NCBI GenBank assembly: GCA_964230645.1
Contig: CAXRHT010000002.1
Span: 1,472,001-1,536,000 of the forward strand
Reading direction: 5' to 3'
DNA: 64,000 nucleotides
Source: Bdellovibrionales bacterium
GTDB lineage: Bacteria > Bdellovibrionota > Bdellovibrionia > Bdellovibrionales > JAGQZY01
Part shown: piece by piece, positions 40,427 to 49,250 of the stretch
Position numbering within the stretch: the stretch's first letter is position 1
Layout of the letters: every line of letters begins with the position of its first letter
Made by a program: the position numbers and the translations under genes
The notes under the pieces: model-generated
Told to the model about the DNA's origin: nothing
The model's input: the letters and a program-made list of their open reading frames with translations, nothing else
Database searches by the model: none

Positions 40427-41860
40427 TTAGTACCTCTTAATATTAATCACTGTTTCTAAAACTTCATCAGCGGTTCGAATCAATCGGGCCGCAGCATCGA
40501 AATGTTTTTGCATCTCAATCATTTTAGCCGCTTCCTCATCCAAACTCACTCCACTTATACTTTCTCGGAGATTAGAGAGTTGATCGACCACATTCTTTTG
40601 AACTTCTGCTTTTCTATTGGCGGCTTGCGTTTTAATCCCTAGCTCTCCAACAATTCCATTGTAAAACTCATCCAAAGTTAAAGAGCCATCAAACACCGGT
40701 CGCCCGTACTGAAGTTCTGCGATCTCAACAGCCACACGGTTATCTCCCGGGCGATTGGGATCACTTCCTGCAGAAATTCTTCCCGAATCCACTTTGATAT
40801 CTTGGTTAAGCTGCATGTATTGAGCCGCACCTTTTGCCCCTTGCATGGGTTGAAAAAAGTTAACCCCTGTTTGATTGTAGGCATTAAAGCCTTTGGAATG
40901 CATGTTGTTCACTTCCGAAGCAATCGTATAAGCAAGATTATCCATATCGTGCTTTAAGCCTGTGAGTTCCTGACTGCGCACACTAAGGAGCCCCCCCAAG
41001 CGCCCCCCATTGATTCGATCGGTCAGCAATAAAGGCTCTGCATAGTCGTGATGATAATAAACCACATCATAGCCACCCTCACCTTTACCTTCTCTTCCCG
41101 GGGTTGAGACGGCCTCTAAATGATTGGCCTCACCACCAACGACTAAAAGAGCATCTTTGGCGGTTGAAACTGTAACAGTGGAGTCTTCCCCTTCGCTCCA
41201 CTTGATATCCACTTCTTCTCCGAGCTTCTTTAATAAAAGATCCCTGCGGTCGCGCTCATCGTTGGCCCATCCACCAGCAATCTCAACTTCTTGGATTTGG
41301 TTGTTGAGGCTAGCAATCTCTTCGGTCATGGAATTAATATCGTGCACACTGATTTGGATCTGTGAATTGATGTCCGCCGCTACCTCTTCTAACTGCGAGT
41401 GAATATTATGAAAATCATTTACCAGTGTTTCACCAGCGGCTCTCACAGCCGTTCTTCTTGGCATACTTTCTGGATTCGTCGATAACTCTCTAAAAGAGTT
41501 AAAAAAGGAAGTCATGGAAGAGTTAAAGCCTTCCACAGTTTGTTCATTATAGATCTGTTCAAGTCGCCCCAGTCCCTGTTGACGTCCTTCGGCTGTGGCA
41601 AGTTCTGACTTTTCGTTTCCTAATTGTCGTTCAAGATAAGGGTTGTTGATTCTACGAACGGTAGCAGCTCTAGCTCCAAGCCCAATGCGCTTTTTACCAC
41701 TTCCCATTGCACCGTTAGAGTAAGTCTCAGTTCGCTGACGGGAGTAGCCTTCCGTTTCCTTATTTGCAATGTTATGCCCGACAGTGTGTAATCCCGTCTG
41801 GCTATTCATCATTGACCGTCGTCCGACAGTCATGAGGCTTGAAACTCGGCCCATTGTCAT
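40427..41860 (-). CDS. flgK: Hook-associated protein FlgK (start 41860 or 41854)
   Basis: GHNIAN.ETEGYSRQ, SISGVSLDEE. Confidence 0.96.
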   Translation of the reverse strand: MTMGRVSSLMTVGRRSMMNSQTGLHTVGHNIANKETEGYSRQRTETYSNGAMGSGKKRIGLGARAATVRRINNPYLERQLGNEKSELATAEGRQQGLGRLEQIYNEQTVEGFNSSMTSFFNSFRELSTNPESMPRRTAVRAAGETLVNDFHNIHSQLEEVAADINSQIQISVHDINSMTEEIASLNNQIQEVEIAGGWANDERDRRDLLLKKLGEEVDIKWSEGEDSTVTVSTAKDALLVVGGEANHLEAVSTPGREGKGEGGYDVVYYHHDYAEPLLLTDRINGGRLGGLLSVRSQELTGLKHDMDNLAYTIASEVNNMHSKGFNAYNQTGVNFFQPMQGAKGAAQYMQLNQDIKVDSGRISAGSDPNRPGDNRVAVEIAELQYGRPVFDGSLTLDEFYNGIVGELGIKTQAANRKAEVQKNVVDQLSNLRESISGVSLDEEAAKMIEMQKHFDAAARLIRTADEVLETVINIKRY

Positions 41861-41975
41861 CCCTTCCTGCGATTTCCGTCGATTCCTTCGACTTCCCTTT
41901 TGGTACCAGCTTCCCTTTGGTAGCGCACTCGTGTCATCTTTAACGCGTGATCGCTACCAACGGGAAGCAGGTACC
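41860..41975 (-). promoter_or_regulatory. Structured flgK leader: long hairpin plus five-GGA array
   Basis: Inverted repeat 41902-41925/41952-41975 (22 of 24 paired), then AGGGA-AAGGA-ACGGA-CAGGA-AGGGA up to the start. Confidence 0.7.
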
Positions 41976-41977
41976 TT

Positions 41978-42481
41978 TTAGGCTTCCCTTTGCACAAGTC
42001 TTCCTTGTGCATCTTTGTTTTTCCCCTCCATGTTCCCACTATTTTTATAAGTCGGGTTTTCATTGAGTGTTTTTGTTATCGAGTTCATAGCCCCTGATAT
42101 ATGTGTCAAAGCGGCCTGAACCAGTATTTCGTTTTTCTTATTAAGTTCTGCAATTCTCTCTACCAACATATTTAAAACAGAGTGAAGTTGCTCTAATTTT
42201 TTTGATTCATCACCTTTTAAGTTTTTAGCCAGTCCAAGGAGTGTGGGTTTTGAATCTTTTAGTTTAAGTTCTGCAGCCAAATGATCGGCCGACTGTTGCC
42301 ACTTTTGATCGAGTTCTTTTACTTTGAAAACCAGCTTCTCCTTGGCTTCATTGACCTCGACAATACGGTGCATCTCTGCTCCAGAAAGAATTTCATGCTC
42401 CTTCCGAACGATTTCCAACAGATGACGATAAACTGTCACCAATTGATCCAATGATTGAGTGAGATGATCGTAAGACTTCAA
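41978..42481 (-). CDS. flgN: Flagellar chaperone FlgN
   Basis: Helical protein with LN.KN..L and Y...G tail, between flgM and flgK. Confidence 0.85.
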   Translation of the reverse strand: MKSYDHLTQSLDQLVTVYRHLLEIVRKEHEILSGAEMHRIVEVNEAKEKLVFKVKELDQKWQQSADHLAAELKLKDSKPTLLGLAKNLKGDESKKLEQLHSVLNMLVERIAELNKKNEILVQAALTHISGAMNSITKTLNENPTYKNSGNMEGKNKDAQGRLVQREA

Positions 42482-42493
42482 AGGGCACCTCGA

Positions 42494-42805
42494 TTAGGTT
42501 GGCATCTTCAAATGATCATCAACAAGGCTATCAGCTACTTTCGAAGAGTCGACTTGATACTTCCCGCTATCGATCATGTTTTGAAAATACGCCACTTTTT
42601 TATCATCAACAGAATCTTGTTTGGCAATATCTGTGGCTTGCTTAATTTGTTGAGCACGCTTTGATAAACTTACCTGGGCTGACTGACCCGTTAAGGCATT
42701 TGCCTTTGCGTTCTCTTTTGCTTTGTTACCTTTAATATCTTTGGTGTCGGCTTGCTGTGCCTGCGCCTGCTTCAATGAATGCGACGCTCCTCTTGATACT
42801 TTCAT
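42494..42805 (-). CDS. flgM: Anti-sigma28 factor FlgM
   Basis: VSLS…KV…I..G.YQVD..KVAD; AGGAGG SD before ATG 42805. Confidence 0.92.
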   Translation of the reverse strand: MKVSRGASHSLKQAQAQQADTKDIKGNKAKENAKANALTGQSAQVSLSKRAQQIKQATDIAKQDSVDDKKVAYFQNMIDSGKYQVDSSKVADSLVDDHLKMPT

Positions 42806-42872
42806 GCAACCCTCCTTGGTCAATTCTCATTTTAACACAACCGCAAGTCATTTCTTAAATTAAATTCCTGTT

Positions 42873-43547
42873 TTACCTTACAGTCGGGCCTTTTCGCGAG
42901 TTTGTGTCCTGTATTTGCCATGTAATCGAGTCTGATTCAGGGCTCAGGGCGGCAAAATTTTCCCCCTCGCTCAAAGTTTTATTCAATAGTCCAGGTTTTA
43001 GCTGTCCCTTAAACACAAAGGTCGATTTTAAATCAAAGGGATGAGAAAACATGGCCACCTTTTCTCCTGAGGCCAATTCAAACTCTTTTTCAAACTTCCC
43101 CTTCCAAGGCAAACTCAAAAAAGAGGCGGACTCTTTCTGAGGCCCAAGCTTCAAATTAAATGTCTGACGCCCCGGGGCCTCAGGCACTGGAGCCTTCTGC
43201 ATTCCCTTATAACGATCTGTAATATTCACTGGCCGAATTTCTTTAGGAGCTTGTTTTTGAAGCTGTGGATAAAACTTTTCGACTAATTGGTTATAAACCA
43301 TCTCGCCAAAACCTGTGCCTCCACGCTCCACCCAACTGCCGACGTATTTATCGTCGAGTTGTTCTTGATAAATTTTTTCGCCAAAACTTGGTTTGGTTAA
43401 AGCACTGTGATCTACCGATTTTCGCATGGCTTTCACCATTTGTCTGATAAACTGCTCTTCATACATCTTGGCCGCTTTTTTTAGTTGGCGGTCCACCTTT
43501 TTCATATGAGGGCTTAATTGTTGTGGTTGTGCTTTATTCGTCTTCAT
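42873..43547 (-). CDS. flgJ: FlgJ-like rod-binding protein
   Basis: L..AA..YE..F..QM.K.MR rod-binding motif; no glucosaminidase domain. Confidence 0.8.
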   Translation of the reverse strand: MKTNKAQPQQLSPHMKKVDRQLKKAAKMYEEQFIRQMVKAMRKSVDHSALTKPSFGEKIYQEQLDDKYVGSWVERGGTGFGEMVYNQLVEKFYPQLQKQAPKEIRPVNITDRYKGMQKAPVPEAPGRQTFNLKLGPQKESASFLSLPWKGKFEKEFELASGEKVAMFSHPFDLKSTFVFKGQLKPGLLNKTLSEGENFAALSPESDSITWQIQDTNSRKGPTVR

Positions 43548-43660
43548 AAATTCCTAACAGTCATCGATACTTTTTTCGTATCTTCTTTTTTTAAAAAACT
43601 CCCTTCTGAATTGAGTTTTTTCAAGTCTGTATGGCCTTGATTTTATTGTTGTTAGGGAAT

Positions 43661-43823
43661 AAAAAATGGGGAGGAAGAGAGACCTCGGCAATTTCTTTGC
43701 CTGAAGAGTTTAGGTCCTGCGACGAATGCCGTATTGACCTCATATCCTGCTCACTCTTGAACCTTCCTGGTAAAACGGTCTCTTAACCTTCAACCCCCCA
43801 AGAGACAACATCCATGTCGTCTC
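43661..43823 (-). ncRNA. Candidate structured GGA-bearing small RNA (CsrA-binding?)
   Basis: 5' hairpin with ACAUGGAUGU, long closing stem, three CAGGA, U6 tail; G-U wobbles favour the minus strand. Confidence 0.6.
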
Positions 43824-43866
43824 AAATTATAGTTTATAATAGTTTGCAAATTCTTCCCATTAACAA

Positions 43867-44901
43867 TCATAAAATTTCCAGGTCACCTTGTAAGGCACCA
43901 GAAGCCTTGATGTTTTGTAAAATTAAAATCAGGTCTTTTGGTTTAACGCCCATGCGATTCAAACTTTGGACGAGTTCTCCAACGTTCACTCTTCCCTGAT
44001 CACCCTCAAGCATATGAACCCTTTCTGTTTTCTGTTCACTGGCTGAGGCGGGTCCACGCATACGCCTAGGTCCTTTTTCTGGGGGACCACCCACATTCAC
44101 GGTGATATCGCCATGACTGATTGCTACTTTGTCGATAGCGACATTCTCGCCAATCACAACGGTTCCCGACTTTTCGTTAATAACAACTTTTGCCTTTTGA
44201 TCAGGGAAGACCTGTAGAGACTCTATAACGGAAAGAAGCTCCACACCTTTCCCCTCCCAGGAGAAGGGCACAATAAAGTCTACTGTCCCTGGATCGACGG
44301 CTGTGGCGTATTTACCGCCTAAATCCATATTGATTGTTTTAGCCATTCTAGCAGCCGTAGTTAAATCAGGATTGCTTAATGTAAAGCGGTACATTTTTCT
44401 ATGAGAAAAATCGGCATCCAAGTCTCTTTCCACAAGGGCTCCGTTTGGAACTTTGGCTGAAGTTAAATGACTGTCAGCCGTAAGCATGGTTCCCTGTGCA
44501 ACAGCGTAAACCTTTTTATCAGCCGCTCTTAGAGGAGTCTGAATAAGTGTTCCGCCTTTTAGGCTTGAAGCATCTCCTAAAGAGTTTACTGTGACATCTA
44601 AACTGTTTCCTGCTCTGGCAAAAGGTGGAAGGGTGGCTGTGACTATAACCGCTGCCACGTTTTGACTGGATATATCTTCTCCCTCAAGTTTCATCCCGAG
44701 TTTATCGAGCATTCTCTTTAAACTTTTAGAGGTGTACTCAAGAGCGGAGTCCCCCGTGCCATTGAGTCCCACCACAAGCCCGTAGCCTCTGAGCTGGTTT
44801 TCTCTTACCCCACGAATGTTGGCGATGTCTTTAATTCGAACGGCCCACGAGCTTTGCGAGGCGAAAAGAATGGATAGAAATAGAAGTGCTGAAACTCTCA
44901 C
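43867..44901 (-). CDS. flgI: P-ring protein FlgI
   Basis: RIKDIA.I.GVRENQL.GYGLVVGLNGTGD. Confidence 0.97.
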   Translation of the reverse strand: MRVSALLFLSILFASQSSWAVRIKDIANIRGVRENQLRGYGLVVGLNGTGDSALEYTSKSLKRMLDKLGMKLEGEDISSQNVAAVIVTATLPPFARAGNSLDVTVNSLGDASSLKGGTLIQTPLRAADKKVYAVAQGTMLTADSHLTSAKVPNGALVERDLDADFSHRKMYRFTLSNPDLTTAARMAKTINMDLGGKYATAVDPGTVDFIVPFSWEGKGVELLSVIESLQVFPDQKAKVVINEKSGTVVIGENVAIDKVAISHGDITVNVGGPPEKGPRRMRGPASASEQKTERVHMLEGDQGRVNVGELVQSLNRMGVKPKDLILILQNIKASGALQGDLEIL

Positions 44902-44903
44902 GT

Positions 44904-45602
44904 TTACCTCTTCTTTCGATTCGTAACAATGTCAAAATCGGGATCAAGCAGTGTCTCAGCACTGATGCCCTGGTCGTCGAAATCTTCTTGGCGAACAATC
45001 CCTTTAACCACTAACTTGTACTCTCTTTTACCAATCATAAAGGGTTGATCTCCTTGAACTAAGTAGGAACCATCTTTTAAGATCTCTGTAATTTTTGAGG
45101 GCACGATCTTTACATTAAATTTTGAATCAACGGGATTAGAAGGCTTACCAGGCGCCTTCTTTTTAGAAGGTTTTTGACCAGACCGTGCTTGGGCTGCCAA
45201 ACGACGCTGTTCTTGTTGGGCTTTAATACGATTGATTAAATCCTCGATCACTTTTACTTTTGTTTCGATTTGTTTTTTGGCGTGCCCATCAATTTCAACG
45301 TTAACAAGATCCCCGATAAGACGATTGGTATTTTGTGCAAATAGATAAGACCCCTGTCCTCTTTCAATCCAAAGGGAACCTGAGTCAGCGCCCAGTTTTG
45401 AACGTTCCTGAATGCTTTCATGATCTGTTCTTTGATAATTTTTCTTTGGAACTCGGCCCACTTGAGTTTTGGCTACATTTCTTTTTTGAGGAGTGGTATC
45501 TCCTCCAACAAGACCTTTTAAAGCTTTACCAATACTGGCACAGCCTGATGTGGCAAAAACAAAAAAGACTAAACAGGATATCAATTTCAGTTTTTTGTTC
45601 AC
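44904..45602 (-). CDS. flgH: L-ring protein FlgH
   Basis: Lipobox, GSLW, IGDLV.V, GIVR..D; flgA-flgH-flgI order. Confidence 0.85.
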   Translation of the reverse strand: MNKKLKLISCLVFFVFATSGCASIGKALKGLVGGDTTPQKRNVAKTQVGRVPKKNYQRTDHESIQERSKLGADSGSLWIERGQGSYLFAQNTNRLIGDLVNVEIDGHAKKQIETKVKVIEDLINRIKAQQEQRRLAAQARSGQKPSKKKAPGKPSNPVDSKFNVKIVPSKITEILKDGSYLVQGDQPFMIGKREYKLVVKGIVRQEDFDDQGISAETLLDPDFDIVTNRKKR

Positions 45603-46258
45603 TATTCTACCCTCGCTTGATTTTTATTAAGAATCTTCGCAAAAACTTTTGTCCTTGTGTGACCAATGAAAACAGGGATTCGATCACCGATCGCTCCCGC
45701 GCCCCGAGCTTTACCCATCATCTGCACCTGGAGATCTCCTTTTTTCAGAATGATCTCTAAAGGCTGCCCGAATTTTACTACAATGGGATGCCTTAAAAGG
45801 CTTTCATCTAAAATCTCACCCCTTTTAAATAAACGTCTACCTGCCATACCTTGTGCGGATTCCACGCTATTGAGATAAGGGGTCTGCAAAAAGGTGACAT
45901 CCTTTTCAATAATCTTAATATCATCTTCCTTCAAAATTTTACCTTGGCGAATGTTCTTCTCGGCGATAACAACATTATCTTTCCAGCGAATTTTGGTCGT
46001 TACAAGACGACTATCTTCACCCAATTTCAAAAGTAAATTGGTTTGTCCCTTCCAGTGATCGGCAATCACTTGATCGGGTACGGAAATATCCTCTAACACC
46101 TGTTTATTTAAGATTTCCATTTCTACCCGACAGCTTCCACACTCCTCTTGCACATTACTAGTCACAATCTTGAGAAGGTGCTCCTCAACATTAGGCACCT
46201 CTTTCTCTGTGGAGAAAAGAAAAGTTGAAATAAAAACGAGTAGTGAAAACTTAAACAT
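45602..46258 (-). CDS. flgA: P-ring formation chaperone FlgA
   Basis: SAF domain, VK.GQ…G.A…GAIGDRI.V. Confidence 0.88.
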   Translation of the reverse strand: MFKFSLLVFISTFLFSTEKEVPNVEEHLLKIVTSNVQEECGSCRVEMEILNKQVLEDISVPDQVIADHWKGQTNLLLKLGEDSRLVTTKIRWKDNVVIAEKNIRQGKILKEDDIKIIEKDVTFLQTPYLNSVESAQGMAGRRLFKRGEILDESLLRHPIVVKFGQPLEIILKKGDLQVQMMGKARGAGAIGDRIPVFIGHTRTKVFAKILNKNQARVE

Positions 46259-46262
46259 AAAT

Positions 46263-47048
46263 TTACCTAAGATTATTTATCATTTGTAACATTTGATCAG
46301 CGGCTTGCATGACCTTAGCGTTGGTTTCGTAGGTTCTTTGGGAGGTAATCATATTAACCATTTCCTCAGCAATATTGACGTTACTTCCTTCAAGCTCTCC
46401 TTGTGCCACAGCTCCAAAATGTCCCCTCCCCGGAAGGCCTGTTTGTGGATTTCCACTGGCGGCTGTTGGAGAGAAATTATTTTGTCCAAGGGCTTTTAAA
46501 CCTGCAGGATTGATGAAACTGGCCAATTCCACTTGTCCAACCACCTCGGGCTTAGAGGCTTGATCACGGATTAATTCGATTAGACCTCGCGAGCTGATTC
46601 TTACATCAATAACATCAGTAGGAAGCTCCACTTCAGGGTAAAATAGGTTACCGTTTTTATCGACAAGCTTACCCTGTTCATTTCTTTTAAACTCCCCATT
46701 GCGGGTGTACATGATATCACCCTCTTCGTTCATGACCTGAAAAAATCCCTTCCCAAGGATAGCCATATCAAAAGGGCTTCCGGTTTGTTTGGAAGAACCA
46801 ATAGCGTGATCCCTTTGCACCGCACCGGTTTTCACTCCAAGACCAATTTGAACTCCTGTGGGCGAAACAGCGTTAAGACCTGACGCCGCCCCTGGGGCTT
46901 TTTCTGTTTGATAAAGGAGATCTTCGAACTCAGCACGCGCTTTCTTAAATCCTGTGGTCGATGCGTTGGCCACGTTATTTGAAACCACTTCCATATTGGA
47001 CTGTTGGGCTTGCATTCCCGTGGCCGAAGTATTTAGTGCTTTTAACAT
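46263..47048 (-). CDS. flgG: Distal rod protein FlgG
   Basis: SNN.AN.STTGFKK.RAEFEDLLYQ, LEGSNV. Confidence 0.96.
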   Translation of the reverse strand: MLKALNTSATGMQAQQSNMEVVSNNVANASTTGFKKARAEFEDLLYQTEKAPGAASGLNAVSPTGVQIGLGVKTGAVQRDHAIGSSKQTGSPFDMAILGKGFFQVMNEEGDIMYTRNGEFKRNEQGKLVDKNGNLFYPEVELPTDVIDVRISSRGLIELIRDQASKPEVVGQVELASFINPAGLKALGQNNFSPTAASGNPQTGLPGRGHFGAVAQGELEGSNVNIAEEMVNMITSQRTYETNAKVMQAADQMLQMINNLR

Positions 47049-47058
47049 TCAAGTCCCC

Positions 47059-47874
47059 TTATCTTAATCTCGGTACATCGTTTGTTAGTTTCTGATTCAT
47101 TTGATCGTAAGCCTGAATGGCTTTTTGTGTGCTCTCGAACACGCGAGTGGCATTAATCATATCAGTCATCTCTTTCACAATATTAACGTTACTCTGCTCA
47201 AAGGATCCTTGATGGACTCGAGCGTTTCTTGCCGGCACCATTTGATTTTCAAAATTTTCGCGAATCGTAAAAAGAGAACTTCCCTGCTTCTGTAGAGCAT
47301 CTTTTTCTGTAGCTGTCATAAGAGATAAACGTCCAAAATTTTGTCCGTTAACAAAAACATCGCCTTTAACAGTAATATTGAAATCTTTTTGGTCATCGAG
47401 TTGAATCATTCGCTCTTCGGGTGGTTGCCCCGGAACTCCTTCTAGTAATAGAGGATGCCCTTGCTTACTCACCACCACACCGTTAGCATTTAAAGTAAAG
47501 TGCCCGTTACGAGTGTATCTAACCCCACCAGGAGTCATAACCTCTAAAAAGCCATCGCCTTCAATACCGATATCCAGTGGGTTACCGGTTAGCTTTAGTG
47601 CGCCCTGCTCGAAACTTGTGGAAGTTCCGTTAGTATCAACATAACTTTTATCACCGCCATTGGTCGGATAAAAACTGTCAATGGAAGCCGGCACCTTGGG
47701 CACTTCAAGGGCTGTGGGTTGCTTTTCATAAGAAGTAAGGTACTCCTTAAAAAGTTGCTTATCTTTTTTAAAGCCAGGAGTGTTAGCATTAGCAATGTTG
47801 TTAGCAATTGTTTCTAACTTTGCATTGTGAGCAACGGCTCCACTTACGGCTGTATATATTCCTTTAGTCGACAT
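47059..47874 (-). CDS. flgF: Rod protein FlgF
   Basis: ANNIANANTPGFK, TGNPLD, YTRNG; precedes flgG. Confidence 0.9.
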   Translation of the reverse strand: MSTKGIYTAVSGAVAHNAKLETIANNIANANTPGFKKDKQLFKEYLTSYEKQPTALEVPKVPASIDSFYPTNGGDKSYVDTNGTSTSFEQGALKLTGNPLDIGIEGDGFLEVMTPGGVRYTRNGHFTLNANGVVVSKQGHPLLLEGVPGQPPEERMIQLDDQKDFNITVKGDVFVNGQNFGRLSLMTATEKDALQKQGSSLFTIRENFENQMVPARNARVHQGSFEQSNVNIVKEMTDMINATRVFESTQKAIQAYDQMNQKLTNDVPRLR

Positions 47875-47889
47875 ACAAACACTTTACGA

Positions 47890-47905
47890 AGCAAGTGCCA
47901 TGCCA
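47890..47905 (-). promoter_or_regulatory. Sigma54 promoter of the flgF operon
   Basis: TGGCATGGCACTTGCT, GG-N10-GC. Confidence 0.78.
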
Positions 47906-48192
47906 TCTAATCGCTATGCTAGCCTTAAGACTTAAGTGCGAAGGTCTTTTAAATTCTGGTTTGAACCACTTTTTTCAAAAAGAACACTTATCACTTCCAG
48001 GACTTTTGTTCTTCAGATCCATTCAGATTTTTCCAAAAGCTTTCATTGCGATTAGAAATTTTATGTTGCAAAAAATTGTCCGAGCACCACTTATTCGCGC
48101 GTACTTTATTAAGAATAAACAAGACATTAGCGGTCCAGCCTTTCAATTCCTCCAACCGTCGCTAAAACCATAGACAAACATCCAGGTTTTCC

Positions 48193-48226
48193 GTCATAAA
48201 ACTGACAGCAGTGTCAACAGTTTTAC
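48193..48226. promoter_or_regulatory. Tandem FleQ-type boxes
   Basis: GTCATAAAACTGAC and GTCAACAGTTTTAC, 20 bp apart. Confidence 0.55.
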
Positions 48227-48271
48227 CCGGCTAGGTATTATTCGACGTTTTCACAAAAAAGTTTAATAATA

Positions 48272-49246
48272 ATGTTTATGGGAAATAGTATCGTTAAATT
48301 TTGTCTTCTAAGCAGTCTATTGTTTTTTTGTAACATGGGCCACTCTGCCGTTCGCAGCCAACCGCAAGTGAGTTCAAAAAAGCAGAGTGTAAGGAAGTTT
48401 CGTCACTTCAGAAAAGATTTAAAAGCCCCAATTACCAAATCATTCTCACCACCTGTTTTTGACTTTCCTGTAACCTATAACCATAAAGTCAAAAACTGGA
48501 TCAAATATTTTCAAACAAGGGGAAAAAGATCGTTTAAAAAGTGGCTTGAACGATCCGCCCGTTACGCTCCCTATATCCAAGAGCAACTGGAAACTCACGA
48601 ACTTCCACAAGATCTTCTTTACGTAGCCATGATTGAAAGTGGCTTTACTCCACGAGCAAAATCTTCAGCCGGGGCCGTCGGAATTTGGCAATTTATTGCT
48701 CCTACAGCAAGACGTTACGGCTTAAAGGTGAACTGGTGGATCGATGAAAGACGTAATTTTACCAAAGCCACTGGTGCTGCCATCCGATATAAGAAAGATC
48801 TATACGAAATGTTTCAGTCTTGGCATCTGGTTTCCGCCTCCTACAACACAGGAGAAAACCGTGTCAGTCGCCTCATTCGCAAACATAAAACCAATGACTT
48901 CTGGGAACTTGCAGAGATGCGAACACTTCCTGATGAAACCATCAACTATGTCCCCAAGATCATTGCCGCCACACTGATTGCAAAATCACCAGCGCTTTAT
49001 GGCTTTAAAGACCTTGAATACAATGTGCCTTTCAAGTTTGAGATGGCCGAGGTTCCTGGAGGAACTGATCTTTCTAATTTGGCGCGCTATATTGGAGTCA
49101 AAGAGAGGTATCTTAAGGATTTGAATCCTGATCTATTAAAGGGTTTCATTCCAAGAGAAATTAAAACTCACAGCATTAAAGTTCCCATTGGATCAATGCC
49201 TTTGGTAAAAGAGTACTCACAACTGATTACTAAAGTACAAATATGA
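48272..49246 (+). CDS. MltD-like lytic transglycosylase
   Basis: AMIESGF, AVGIWQF, SYN.GE, ETINYVPK. Confidence 0.92.
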   Translation: MFMGNSIVKFCLLSSLLFFCNMGHSAVRSQPQVSSKKQSVRKFRHFRKDLKAPITKSFSPPVFDFPVTYNHKVKNWIKYFQTRGKRSFKKWLERSARYAPYIQEQLETHELPQDLLYVAMIESGFTPRAKSSAGAVGIWQFIAPTARRYGLKVNWWIDERRNFTKATGAAIRYKKDLYEMFQSWHLVSASYNTGENRVSRLIRKHKTNDFWELAEMRTLPDETINYVPKIIAATLIAKSPALYGFKDLEYNVPFKFEMAEVPGGTDLSNLARYIGVKERYLKDLNPDLLKGFIPREIKTHSIKVPIGSMPLVKEYSQLITKVQI

Positions 49247-49250
49247 AGTT

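Noticed and set aside
41857..42063. 68-aa ORF spanning flgN-flgK, as a frameshift or leader peptide
   Set aside because: It overlaps flgN out of frame and translates the hairpin; no coding features.
43661..43823. Confident 6S RNA call (CTTGAACC/GGTTCAAG motif, long closing stem)
   Set aside because: Multi-branched fold, separate 5' GGA hairpin and atypical context argue against it; kept only as an alternative pending Rfam.
43844..43860. Sigma54 promoter for the candidate sRNA
   Set aside because: GG-to-GC spacing is 9, not 10; the promoter is unresolved.
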